From Macrostomum lignano (Eukaryota): a stretch of 64,000 nt of DNA. Every line of letters starts with the position of its first letter. The first letter of the stretch is position 1. The position numbers and the translations under genes are program-made. Below are positions 32,501-45,921 of the stretch, in pieces. The notes beneath the pieces are model-generated. The model did not search any database. It was given only the letters and a program-made list of their open reading frames with translations, and was not told the DNA's origin. The stretch is taken from assembly GCA_002269645.1 (NCBI GenBank), contig NIVC01002822.1, forward strand, positions 74,043 to 138,042. The letters are read 5' to 3'.

Positions 32501-35500
32501 ACAGCTTCAGCATCTGCTGTAGCAATTGTAAGCCAACTACATCACCAGCAGCTGGACAAAGCTGCTGCTTGCACTCACAGCTGCATCATCCATTGGTTAC
32601 TCACCTTGTACTGTCCACCTGCTTTGATTTCCCCTCTCTGTCTACTGTCTCCCTCACCTGTCTTACTGTCTTCCTTATCTGTCTTACTGTCTTCCTTATC
32701 TATCTTACTGTCTTCTTATCTGTCTTACTGTCTCCCTCACCTGTCTACTCTCTCCTTCACCTGTCTACTCTTCCCCTTATCCTGTCTACTCTCTCCCTAC
32801 CCTGTCTACTACTCCCTTCATCACCTGTCTACCTCTCATCCCACCTGTCTACCTCACCTGTTTACCCCACCTGTCTACTCTCACCCTACATGTCTACTCT
32901 CATCCCACCTGTCTATCTCTCTACCTCACCTGTCTACCTCTCTCACTCATGTCTACCTCTCTACCTCACCTGTCTACCTCTCTCACTCATGTCTACCTCT
33001 CTACCTCACCTGTCTACCTCTCTAACTCATGTTTACCTCTCTACCTCACCTGTCTACCTCTCTAACTCATGTTTACCTCTCTACCTCATCTGTCTACCTC
33101 TCTACCTCACTTGTCTACCTCTAACTCACCTGTATGCCTCTCTACCTCACCTGTGTACTTCTAACTCACCTGTCTACGCTTATCTCACCTATCTGCTTTC
33201 ATCCCACTTGTCTACTCTCATCGCACTTATCTACTCTAATCTCATCTGTCTACTCCCCCCACACAGACCTCACACACAGTAGCACATCAACCCGCACAAA
33301 GAAATCACCAAGTTTACCTCCTTGAACGATTGGCACACTGTCTTAGGCGCGCAAAGGCTTGGCACAATTTTTATCGTCACCATGCCGCGTAGAGATTTCT
33401 GCGAATTTAATAAACGCGATAGATAATAGCCTGTAGGTCAATGCTCCGGACACGCTACTGACAGTAGACAAAACAGCATATGTCAGAGACGTACTGCAGA
33501 AAATGAATATTTTCATTATTATAAACCGAGGCAAATGACTGAATCGGAGTGCTCTAATGAAGCTAATCTGACACAACTAATACAAAATAACACAAGCATT
33601 TAGGGGCCAAAGCTCACCAGCAGTCGCTGCAGAGCCTCAACGGACTGGCCAAGCACAGGCTCGCCATTGATTTCTCGAATCTCGTCGCCAACATGAAGCG
33701 TGCCTTGAAAATATTTTATAATAAAAACATAGAAATCGCGAACATCTTAGATACACTACTTAAAAGTAATGCTCGTTTCTTTAAATTGTTGTAAGAATTG
33801 AAAAACTTAAATTTTATTGCCTAAATGCTGTTGCCTGGATAGTAACTAATTTGGATTGGAATTACGAAAATCGGGGATCCGTGAATATGGGACTCAGTGA
33901 AGATTAGGGATCCGTGAATATGGGAGTCCGTGAAGATTTGGGATCCTTGAAAAGGAAAGTCCGTGAAGATAGGGTCCGTGAAGATTAAGAATCCGTGAAA
34001 ATTGAGGATCCGTGAAGATGGGATAAGTGAAGATGGGGATCCGAGTAGATTGAGGATCCGTGAAGATGCGAGTCCGAGAAGAAGATTGAAGATCCGTGAA
34101 GATGGGGATCCGTGAAGATTGAGGATCCGTGAAGATAGGGATCCGTGAAGATGGGGATCCGAGTAGATTGAGGATCCGTGAAGATGGGAGCCCAAGAAGA
34201 AGATTGAGGATTTGTGAAGATGGGGATCCGAGTAGATTGAGGATTTGTGAAGATGGGGATCCGAGTATATTGAGGATCCGTGAAGATGCGAGTCCGAGAA
34301 GAAGATTGAAGATCCGTGAAGATGGGGATCCGTGAAGATTGAGGATCCGTGAAGATGGGGATCCGAGTAGATTGAGGATCCGTGAAGATAGGGATCCGTG
34401 AAGATGGGGATCCGAGTAGATTGAGGATCCGTGAAGATAGGGATCCGTGAAGATGGGGATCCGAGAAGATTGAGGATCCGTGAAGATAGGGATCCGTGAA
34501 GATGGGGATCCGGGAAGATTGAGGATCCGTGAAGATGGGGATCCGTGAAGATGGGGATCCGTGAAGTTGGGGATCCGAGTAGATTGAGGATCCGTGAAGA
34601 TAGGGATCCGTGAAGATGGGGATCCGTGAAGTTTGGGATCCGTGAAGATGGGGATCCGTGAAGATAGTGATCCATGAAGATGGGGATCCATAAAGATGGG
34701 GACCCGTAAATTCGGATTTCAAAATCAAACGGCAATTTCCAGGAATTGAAACCCCCCTGCACTGCACAATCTAATCCTGTGAACGGCAGTCTTACCCTGC
34801 CTGTGAATCATGCCGCCGTGCATAATCCTGGCCACGATAATCTTGTTCTCCTCCGACATTTTCAGCGTGATGCCCTGCGCAGTGGAGCGGGGTGAACTGG
34901 TAAATGCGGTGCAGCAATCATGGCTAATGCGCTTTGCTTGTAGAAAACGCAAAAAGAAACGCAAAGTAAAGTGAAGGAGTGGTGGCTTAAGTTACAGTAT
35001 GCGCACAGGTAAAGAGACGTGCGAGTACAAGAGCTGTTTAGCATGTTGGGATTTGTGATTATCAATACACTACGAATGATCAGAACCTTTGAAAGTTAAG
35101 CAGAGCTGACAGCGGTTAGTAAACTCAGAATATTCTTATCAAAGTGCACCTGTTATCTATCTCAGCAGTTTGACAACTTGCTGAGCGGGAGTTGCACAGG
35201 TATACTCAGTCACTGAGTCACTCACTCAGTCACTCACTCATTCACTCACTCAGTCACTCATTCACTCACTCAGTCACTCACTCAGTCACTCATTCACTCA
35301 CTCACTCATTCACTCAGTCACTCACTCAGTCTCTCACTCACTCACACAATCCCCACTAGCTTAATTGTCCCTCTGCACAGCCATAAAAGTAAAACCGAAA
35401 ACCCACCATTGGCTCATTGGTGTTCTTCTGAAACTGCACCAGTCTGACTCGGGTGACATTGTCGGGTTCGGCGTCCAGGCCGCCTTCGTCGGCAACGTCA

Positions 35501-36452
35501 CCGTTCAGATAGGAGGACAGCGGCGGCGGGGTCACCCGGATGGCTTGGTCGCTGTACACGTCGTGGGCGAGCACGTCGTGGGCTTGAAGGAGCGCCTGCA
35601 GAGATAAGGGTAGGATTTAGTGGGAAATATAGGATTGGCTCTAGAGTTTTCTTTGAACATCATTTATTTAGCAGTCAGTATGTGGCGCCGATGAGAAACC
35701 AGTGTGGCGCCGATGGGGAAACCAGTGTGGCGCCGATGGGGAAACCAGTGTGGCGCCGATGGGGAAACCAGTGTGGTGCCGATAGGGAAGCCAGTGTGGC
35801 GCCGATGGGGAAGCCAGTGTGGCGCCTATAAGGAAACCAGTGTGGCGCCAAAAAGACAGCCAGTGTGGCGCCAAAAAGACAGCCAGTGTGGCGCCAACAG
35901 GGAAGCCAGTGTGGCGCCAACAGGGAAGTCAGTGTGGCGCTAATAAGGAAGCCAGTGTGAAGGCCAGAGCAATACTAATGTGAAAAAGCAATCACTGGCC
36001 GATACGAGGCTCTCCAGTGCATCGCCATTGCACACGGCTGCACCCGCTGATAACGATCGGGCACTGCTGCAGAGCAAGGCTTGCCAAAGCCACAAATTCT
36101 CAAAGTCAGTCAGCCAAAAATGTTCGGTCAAAATGCTAGTTAACTGACCTCAAGGCACTGCACTATTGTTAAAAAAATAATTTTATTCACTGTTGGCTCT
36201 CAACAATTCTGCACTACTTGCATTGGAGAACTTGTGGAAGCCTTCTGGGCTGGTGTTAATGGCTGGGAATATATGGTGGGAAAACAAACAAATAATGGAC
36301 TGACAGACGGACAGATAGACAGACAGACACTAAGACAGACAGACAGACAGACAGACAGACAGGCAGACAGACAGACAGATAGACACACAGACAGACAAAC
36401 AGACAGGCAGACACAGACAGACAGACAGACAGGCAGACAGACAGACAGACAC

Positions 36453-36483
<31 letters not shown>

Positions 36484-39400
36484 CACACAGACAGACAGAC
36501 AGGCAGACAGACAGGCAGACAGACAGACAGACAGACAGACAGGCAGATAGACAGACAGACAGACACAGGCAGGCGCTCACCCAGATGACGAGGTCATCCT
36601 TACTCAGCCCGCACTGCGTAAGCGCGGGGCGGCACCGCTCGCACTGGCAGAGCAGCTGGCCAGCTGCCTCGGGCTGCATCAAAATCCCCTGGCCGCTACT
36701 CAGGAGCAGCTCCGAATTCCGATTGATCGATCGCTGCTAAGCAAGGCCTATTCTGACAGCCAACAACTGAGCTTTCGGGTTTTTCCTACCTCAGGACCTG
36801 GCGCTGGGCAGCTCGGAATTTATGCGCGAGGAGGCGATTAGGAAGGGAGGGGGCGGGCCGGGACCCCCGATTCGCAGCAGAAGCGAATCGCGCAGAACAA
36901 GCGCAGCGCACGGCTGGGGAGTGGCCGGTGGGTCGAAGCGAAAAATCCCACGCGAAGCATACTTTTATTAATCCAATCTCTGCTGGATTAGCAACAGCAC
37001 ACAACTGCTGACAGGCAGCTGCGGCTCTCCCCGTTTCATCGGAATTTTCCTCTCTGCCTGCCAGCCAGTCAGTCAGTCAGTCAGTCAGTCAGTCAGTCAG
37101 TCAGTCAGTCAGTCAGTCAGTCAGTCAGCCAGTCAGTCAGTCAGTCAGTCAGTCAGTCAGTCAGTCAGTCAGTCAGTCAGTCAGTCAGTCAGTCAGTCAG
37201 TCAGTCAGTCAGTCAGTCAGTCAGTCAGTCAGTCAGTCAGTCAGTCAGTCAGTCAGTCAGTCAGTCAGTCAGTCAGTCAGTCAGTCAGTCAGTCAGTCAG
37301 TCAGTCAGTCAGTCAGTCAGTCAGTCACCCACTCACTCAAGTCAGTCAGTCAGTCAGTCAAATTCTACTCTCCCAATCGATCGAGCAGCCCAGACTCTGC
37401 AGGGCATTCATTTGGCAGAGGCGGTGTTGGGGAAAAGCCGGACACAGCACAGTCTGTCTGCATGCTGGCACGGAGAGACTCCCGCATTCAGAAAGATTAA
37501 TGCCCACAGGGGGAGAGACATGAAATTGTCAGTCTGCAGGCGCCGTGCCGGACCAGCCACTTGCGGGCTGCACACTCTTGCAGTTGTAAATTCTGCATAA
37601 AAAAGTGACAATAAAAGTTCCCAGGCACAGAAGTGGCTGGTGAAAAAACGCTAAAATGTTTTTGCAATTCGCGGATTCAAACTGCCTTTCTGCGGCCTGG
37701 AGCCATTTTGGCTGATGAAGGCGCACCAGTGTGAGAGAATGGGTGCCTGGGCATGCTGTGAGAGAATGGGTGCCTGGGCATGCTGTGAGAGAATGGGTGC
37801 CTGGGCATGCTGGAAGGAGGGGTATTTTAGGGCCACGGAAGCTGCATGGCGCCAAGAAGAGACATATTTTGGCGCAAAAGAGGCTGCGTAACGCCTAGAA
37901 GGGGTATTTTAGTACCAAGAACGAGTATTTTGGCGCCTAGAAGGGGTATTTTGGCGCCAAGCAAGAAGAGGTATTTTTATGCCAAGAAGGGGTATTTTGG
38001 CGCCAAGAGGCTGTCTAGCGCCAAGAAGGGGTATTTTGGCGCCAAGAAAGAAGGGGTATTTTGGCGCCAAGCAAGAAGGGGTATTTTTATGCCAAGAAGG
38101 GGTATTTTGGCGCTAAGAGGCTGTCTAGCGCCAAGAAGGGGTATTTTGGCGCCAAGAAAGAAGGGGTATTTTGGCGCCAAGAAAGAAGGGGTATTTTGGC
38201 GCCAAGAAAGAAGGGCTATTTTGGCGCCAAGAAAGAAGGGATATTTTGGCGCCAAGAAAGAAGGGATATTTTGGCGCCAAGAAAGGGATATTTTGGCGCT
38301 AAGAAAGGCTATTTTGGCGCCACGCAGACAGCGCGACACTGATAACTGACAATTCGATTCAGTGCGGCCTCAATTCTCCCTCATCGCCCGCACCCCGGCA
38401 GCTGCTCACCCTGAAGTGCGGCTGCAGCAGCAGCTCCCGCAGCTCCATGCAGTCGCTGTAGAACTCCCTGGAGCGGCACTGGCCGATGCTGTCGAGAACG
38501 TCCCGGCCGAGGCTGACCGCTTTGTCCGGGATCTGTCCGCGAATGGCCGAGCCGCTCAGATTGCGACTGTTGATGTGATCGTACAGCTGGGGAAGTGGCC
38601 GGGACGGGTTGAGGATCAGCTTTCGTAGTACACGATGCACTTTGTATTTACATTAAAACAGTTAGTCAATTAGATTAAAAAAACAATTTAATACTACAGT
38701 TCACTGAGGGAATTGAGAATGTGGCACTGGGAGAATTCAGAGTGTGGCCCTGAGGAAATTCAGAGTGTGGCACTGGGAGAATTCAGAGTGTGGCACTGAG
38801 GGAGTTCAGAGTGTGACACTAAGGGAATTCAGAGTGTGGCACGGAGGGAATTCAGAGTGCAGCACTGGGGAAATTCAGAGTGGCACTGGGAGAGTTCAGA
38901 GTGTGGCACTGGGGGGAATTCAGAGTGTGACACTAAGGGAATTCAGAGTGTGGCACGGAGGGAATTCAGAGTGCAGCACTGGGGAAATTCAGAGTGTAGC
39001 ACTGGGGGGATTCAGAATGTGGCATTGGGGGGATTCAGTGTGGCACTGGGGGAATTCAGAGTGTAGCACTGGGGGGATTCAGAATGTGGCATTGGGGGGA
39101 TTCAGTGTGGCACTGGGGGAATTCAGAGTGTGGCACTGGGGGAATTCAGAGTGTGGCACTGGGGGAATTCAGAGTGCGGCACGGGGAGAATTCAGAGTGC
39201 GGCACGGGGAGAATTCAGTGTGTGGCACTGGGGGAATTCAGAGTGCGGCACGGGGAGAATTCAGAGTGTGGCACTAAAGTATTCAATAGATTGCCTACAG
39301 TAGCCAGCAGCCTCCTACAGTGCAACAGATCTCATTCCCCTATCTGCACGAGATGCAAAGCAGCAGAAGGAGTCACTCGGACTCGAAGATGGGACAGACG

Positions 39401-42400
39401 ATAACAAAGTTAGCAGGCGCCAGTCCACTACAAAACAATACACGCATGAGTATTCTGCACACTCGCAGATCAGCCGCCAAACCCCCCGGGGATTCGGGGA
39501 AACTCGGGATATCCCCAAATTCAAATTCTGCACCTACAGAGAGAGGCCAGCCCATGGCCGGAAGGCAGGCGGAAAATTCAAATTTAGCTGTTTATTTACT
39601 GTATTTATCATATCAGATAGATCTGTATAAATAATACTACTTATGACTGAAAAAGAGTAGAGATGTTGAAACATTTATGGAAAAAGTTAATAAAAAGAAA
39701 AAAAAGAAAATGAATGCTGCTAAACTTGGACTTCAGACTCACCTCGAGCAGCGAATGCAGGGTGTCATTTTCGAACACCGACTGCAGCAGGTCTCGATCG
39801 CCTTCGTTGCACTCGGTGAGACACTGCATATCCTCCAGGCTGTCCAGCACTGCTGACACGGCTGCAGAGTTTGCATGGGGTGGCATTTTCGAAGGCTATG
39901 GAGACGATAGGAGCAATATAAAACTGCCTTTCTGGGAGGCTGGCCCAGCAACTGGGGATCTGGGAGGCTGGCCCAGCAACTGAGGATCTGGGAGGCTGGC
40001 CCAGCAACTGAGGATCTGGGAGGCTGGCCCAGCAACTGGGGATCTGGGAGGCTGGCCCAGCCACTGAAAATCTGGGAGGCTGGCCCAGCAACTAGGAATC
40101 TGGGAGGCTGGCCCAGCAAATGAGGATCTGGGAGGCTGGCCCAGAAACTGAGGATCTGGGAGGCTAGCCCAGCAACTGAGAATCTGGGAGGCTGGCCCAG
40201 AAACTGAGGATCTGGGAGAGTCCCAACATGAGGAACTAAAAATGTCTGTACGCAAATGATATATATAGTACTAATACAGCAGGCCTCTGATCAAGCGAAG
40301 ACTGTACGCAGCGCTCACTATGGCCCAGACAAATCGGCAATCAGCAAAAGGTGCTGACAGATGCAGGGCCAACTCTCGGCTGCACATAACTGAGTTCAAT
40401 CTCTCACAAGTGTAACATAGTCTGTAGCTGCGGGTGGGGGCTACGACTGCCGGAAATTGTGAGTCACTTGATATATTATATTTTCATTACTCTACTATAT
40501 TACTTACTACTTACTAAATTTAAATTACTGATATTAAGCAACACAAGGATCTGAGAGTCTGTCTACGAGCATGGGGATCTGGGAGAGTCTGTGTTCCAGC
40601 ATGGGGATCTGGGAGAGTCTGTGTTCCAGCATGGGGATCTGGGAAAGTCTGTGTCCCAGCATGAGGATCTGGGAGAGTCTGTGTTCCAGCATGAGGATCT
40701 GGGAGAGTCTGTGTCCCAGCATGAGGATCTGGGAGAGTCTGTGTCCCAGCATGAGGATCTGGGAGAGTCTGTGTCCCAGCATGAGGATCTGGGAGAGTCT
40801 GTGTCCCAGCATGGGGATCTGGGAGAGTCTGTGTCCCAGCATGAGGATCTGGGAGAGTCTGTGTCCCAACATGATGATCTGGGAGAGTCTGTGTCAACAC
40901 AGGGATCTGGGAGAGTCTGTGTCCCAGCATGAGGATCTGGGAGAGTCTGTGTCCCAGCATGGGGATCTGGGAGAGTCTGTGTCCCAGCATGAGGATCTGG
41001 GAGAGTCTGTGTCCCAGCATGGGGATCTGGGAGAGTCTGTGTTCCAGCATGGGGATCTGGGAGAGTCTGTGTTCCAGCATGGGGATCTGGGAGAGTCTGT
41101 GTTCCAGCATGGGGATCTGGGAGAGTCTGTGTTCCAGCATGGGGATCTGGGAGAGTCTGTGTTCCAGCATGGGGATCTGGGAGAGTCTGTGTCCCAGCAT
41201 GGGGATCTGGAAGTCTTTCTCCCAACATGGGGATCTAAGAAAGTCTGTACGCAACGCTCACTATGGCCCAGACAAATCGGCAATCAGCAAAAGATGCTGA
41301 CAGATGCAGGGCCAACTCTCGGCTGCACATAACTGAGTTCAATCTCTCACAAGTGTAACATAGTCTGTAGCTGGAAAAGTTTCAGTGCTAAGACTGCCGG
41401 AAGTTGTGAGAACTCTGCTTTAACCAAGCTTCTGCATCTGTAAGCTGTCATAAGATTTCGAGCCTACAATTCAATAACCAACCAACCTCAAGCCTGGTCT
41501 CTGAGTGTGGATCTAAGAACAATTTTAACACTTGGAAAAATTAACTTTTAGAGCTGAGGAAAGGAAAAATCTGACAGTGCAAATGTCAATGCAGCAACGG
41601 CTTCTCAGAAGCTGGGAGAATTCTGCAAACTGAGCCGAATTGGCAAGGCAATCCATCAAAACAGTAAATAATTAACAAGTTTCAACTGGCACAGTTTATC
41701 CCAATCATGCTGACGATGCTAACAGAATCTGCCTCTCTGCTCTTTCAGGCCTGGAGAATCTGCCTCTCCGCTATTTCAGGCCTTGAGAATCTGCCTCTCC
41801 GCTATTTCAGGCCTTGAGAATCTGCCTCTCCGCTCCATCAGGCCTTGAGAATCTGCCTCTCCGCTCCTTCAGGCCTTGAGAATCTGCCTCTCCACTTTTT
41901 CAGTCCTTTAGAATCTGCCTCTCCGCCTCTCCGCAATTTCAGGCCTTGAGAATCTGCCTCTCCGCTCTTTCAGGCCTTGAGAATCTGCCTCTCCGCTCTT
42001 TCAGGCCTTGAGAATCTGCCTCTCCGCTATTTCAGGCCTTGAGAATCTGCCTCTCCGCTCCATCAGGCCTTGAGAATCTGCCTCTCCGCTCCTTCAGGCC
42101 TTGAGAATCTGCCTCTCCACTTTTTCAGTCCTTTAGAATCTGCCTCTCCACTTTTTCAGGCCTTGAGAATCTGCCTCTCCGCTCTTTCAGTCCTTGAGAA
42201 TCTGCCTCTCTGCTCTTTCAGTACTTGAGAATCTGCCTCTCCGCTCTTTCAGTCCTTGAGAATCTGCCTCTCCGCTCTTTCAGTCCTTGATAATCTGCCT
42301 CTCCGCTATTTCAGGCCTTGAGAATCTGCCTCTCCGCCGCCTCAGTCCTTGAGAATCTGCCTCTCCGCCGCCTCAGTCCTTGAGAATCTGCCTCTCCGCC

Positions 42401-45400
42401 GCCTCAGTCCTTGAGAATCTGCCTCTCCGCTCTTTCAGGCCTTGAGAATCTGCCTCTCCGCTCTTTCAGTCCTTGATAATCTGCCTCTCCGCTATTTCAG
42501 GCCTTGAGAATCTGCCTCTCCGCTCTTTCAGGCCTTGAGAATCTGCCTCTCCGCTCTTTCAGGCCTTGAGAATCTGCCTCTCCACTCTTTCAGGCCTTGA
42601 GAATCTGCCTCTCCGCTATTTCAGGCCTTGAGAATCTGCCTCTCCGCTATTTCAGTCTTTGAGAATCTGCCTCTCCGCCGCCTCAGTCCTTGAGAATCTG
42701 CCTCTCCGCCGCCTCAGTCCTTGAGAATCTGCCTCTCCGCCGCCTCAGTCCTTGAGAATCTGCCTCTCCGCCGCCTCAGTCCTTGAGAATCTGCCTCTCC
42801 GCTCTTTCAGGCCTTGAGAATCTGCCTCTCCGCTCTTTCAGTCCTTGATAATCTGCCTCTCCGCTATTTCAGGCCTTGAGAATCTGCCTCTCCGCTCTTT
42901 CAGGCCTTGAGAATCTGCCTCTCCACTCTTTCAGGCCTTGAGAATCTGCCTCTCCGCTATTTCAGGCCTTGAGAATCTGCCTCTCCGCTATTTCAGTCTT
43001 TGAGAATCTGCCTCTCCGCCGCCTCAGTCCTTGAGAATCTGCCTCTCCGCCGCCTCAGTCCTTGAGAATCTGTCTTCACTCTTAATCTATCAGTTTCTGC
43101 ACGCAGAAGAACACACAAAGGTTAAATATCTACCTGACACAGACGAAGCCAAAGAGCCGCGCAATATCATGATTCTTTAGCATTGAAAAGTTGCTAGAAA
43201 GAAATTGCTTTTAGCAGCAAGAAGAGAAATGCTGAGGACTGCATCGACTAACAGATGGAGAGCAGAGAAACGTCAGGAAATGCAGTAGTAAGCCTTCTAG
43301 AGGGACGGGCAAGTGGGTTGCTGGCGGAGGCTGGAAAGCCGATAGGACAGCGGAAGGGGGGATCGCCCCGAGGCAGGCAGAGATTGGGAAATCTCGGCGG
43401 CTGCGGTGGGGAAATTAACGAGATGGGAGGGGAGAAGGGCGAGTCAGATGGAGAACAGGAGCTTCAGACAGGGCTGGGAACAGGAAGAACCGGACTGGAG
43501 AGGCAGCCTGGTCGATGATATCAAGACTTTTAGCATCACTGGTGTGAGCCATGCGACTGCCAGCGTGTAAGGCGCTATGAGTCCGTCACACAGGTAACAG
43601 GGACACGAACTACTGGGGAGAGGCGGAGGGAGACGGGGAGGTCAGACATTCTCCGTGTGGGACGATTCTCACAGTGGATTTGGGGCGATTCTCACAGTGG
43701 ATTTGAGACGATTCTCACAGTGGATTTGAGACGATTCTCACAGTGGATTTGGGACGATTCTCACAGTGGATTTGGGACGATTCTCACAGTGGATTTGGGA
43801 CGATTCTCACAGTGGATTTGGGACGATTCTCACAGTGGATTTGGGACGATTCTCACAGTGGATTTGGGGGCGATTCTCACAGTGGATTTGGGACGATTCT
43901 CACAGTGGATTTGGGGCGATTCTCACAGTGGATTTGGGGCGATTCTCACAGTGAATTTGGGACGATTCTCACAGTGAATTTGAGACGATTCTCACAGTGG
44001 ATTTGAGACGATACTCACAGTGGATTTGGGGCGATTCCCACACTGGATTTGAAACGATTCTCACAGCGGATTTCAGGCGGTTCTCACAGTGGATTTGAGA
44101 AGATTCTCACAGTGGATTTGAGACGATTCTCACAGTGGATTTGGGACGATTCTCACAGTGGATTTGGGACGATTCCCACAGTGGATTTGGGGCAATTTTT
44201 ACAGAGGATTTTAGGCGATTCTCACAGTGGATTTGAAACGATTCTCATAGTGGATTTGAGACGATTCTCACAGTGGATTTGAGACGATTCTCACAGTGGA
44301 TTTGGAGCGATTCTCACTGTGAATTTGAGACGATTCTCACAGTGGATTTGAAACGATTCTCATAGTGGATTTGAGACGATTCTCACAGTGGATTTGAGAC
44401 GATTCTCACAGTGGATTTGGAGCGATTCTCACTGTGAATTTGAGACGATTCTCACAGTGGATTTGGAACGATTCTCACTGTGAATTTGAGACGATTCTGA
44501 CAGTGGATTTGAGACGATTCTCACAGTGGATTTGAGACGATTCTCACAGTTGTTTTGAAACGATTCTCACATTGGATTTGGAGCGATTTTTACAGAGGAT
44601 TTTAGGCGATTCTCACAGTGAATTTGGGACGATTCTCACAGTGGATTTGAGACGATTCTCACAGTTGTTTTGAGACGATTCTCACAGTGGATTTGGAACG
44701 ATTCTCACTGTGAATTTGAGACGATTCTGACAGTGGATTTGAGACGATTCTCACAGTGGATTTGAGACGATTCTCACAGTTGTTTTGAAACGATTCTCAC
44801 ATTGGATTTGGAGCGATTTTTACAGAGGATTTTAGGCGATTCTCACAGTGAATTTGGGACGATTCTCACAGTGGATTTGAGACGATTCTCACAGTGGATT
44901 TGGAGCGATTTTTAGAGGATTTCAGGCGATTCTCACAGTGGATTTGAGACGATTCTCACAGTGGATTTGGGGGCGATTCTCACAGTGGATTTGAAACGAT
45001 TCTCACAGTGGATTTGAGACGATTCTCACAGTCGATTTAGGGGCGATTCTCAGTGGATTTGGAGGCTATTCTCCAAATCCAATTAGTGGATTTGGGATAA
45101 ACTAATAACATAGCAGTACCAACCTGCCGAGGTGACGTCATCCTCAGCGGGATCGGCGGCCGAGGCCGCGGTGTCCGCATCGGCGTAGCTGGCGGACCAC
45201 TTGGCGCTGGACACGGCTGCCAGGACGGCGCCCTTCAGCTTCCGCCTCGAATTGAACTTCTTCATCTCTTCCACCGTCTCGCTCAGGTGCAGCTTCGGCA
45301 CCCGGCTGCGCTCGTGGATCCACGGGTGCCGCAGCGCCTCCTCCACCGTCAAGCGTCGCTGCGGATCGACATCCAGTAGCCGGCTCACCAGGTCCTTCGC

Positions 45401-45632
45401 CTCTGCCGAGATGTGGTCCCAGACTCGAGGCTTCTTCTGCCAGAGTTCGATTGGCGGGGTGGCGCTGCTGCCTTAATTAGTGCTCACAATGGGCTCCATC
45501 CGGTCATGCAGTGAGTCCTTGTCTAATTCACGGTAATTGTCCGATAGTGTACTACTACTACTACTACCACTACTACTACTACCACTACTACTACCACTAC
45601 TACTACTACCACTACTACTACTACCACTACTA

Positions 45633-45699
<67 letters not shown>

Positions 45700-45845
45700 C
45701 ACTACTACTACTACCACTACTACTACCACTACTACTACTACTAGCACTACTACTACTACCACTACTACTACTACCACTACTACTACTACTAGCACTACTA
45801 CTACCACTACTACTACTACCACTACTACTACTACTACCACTACTA

Positions 45846-45921
<76 letters not shown>

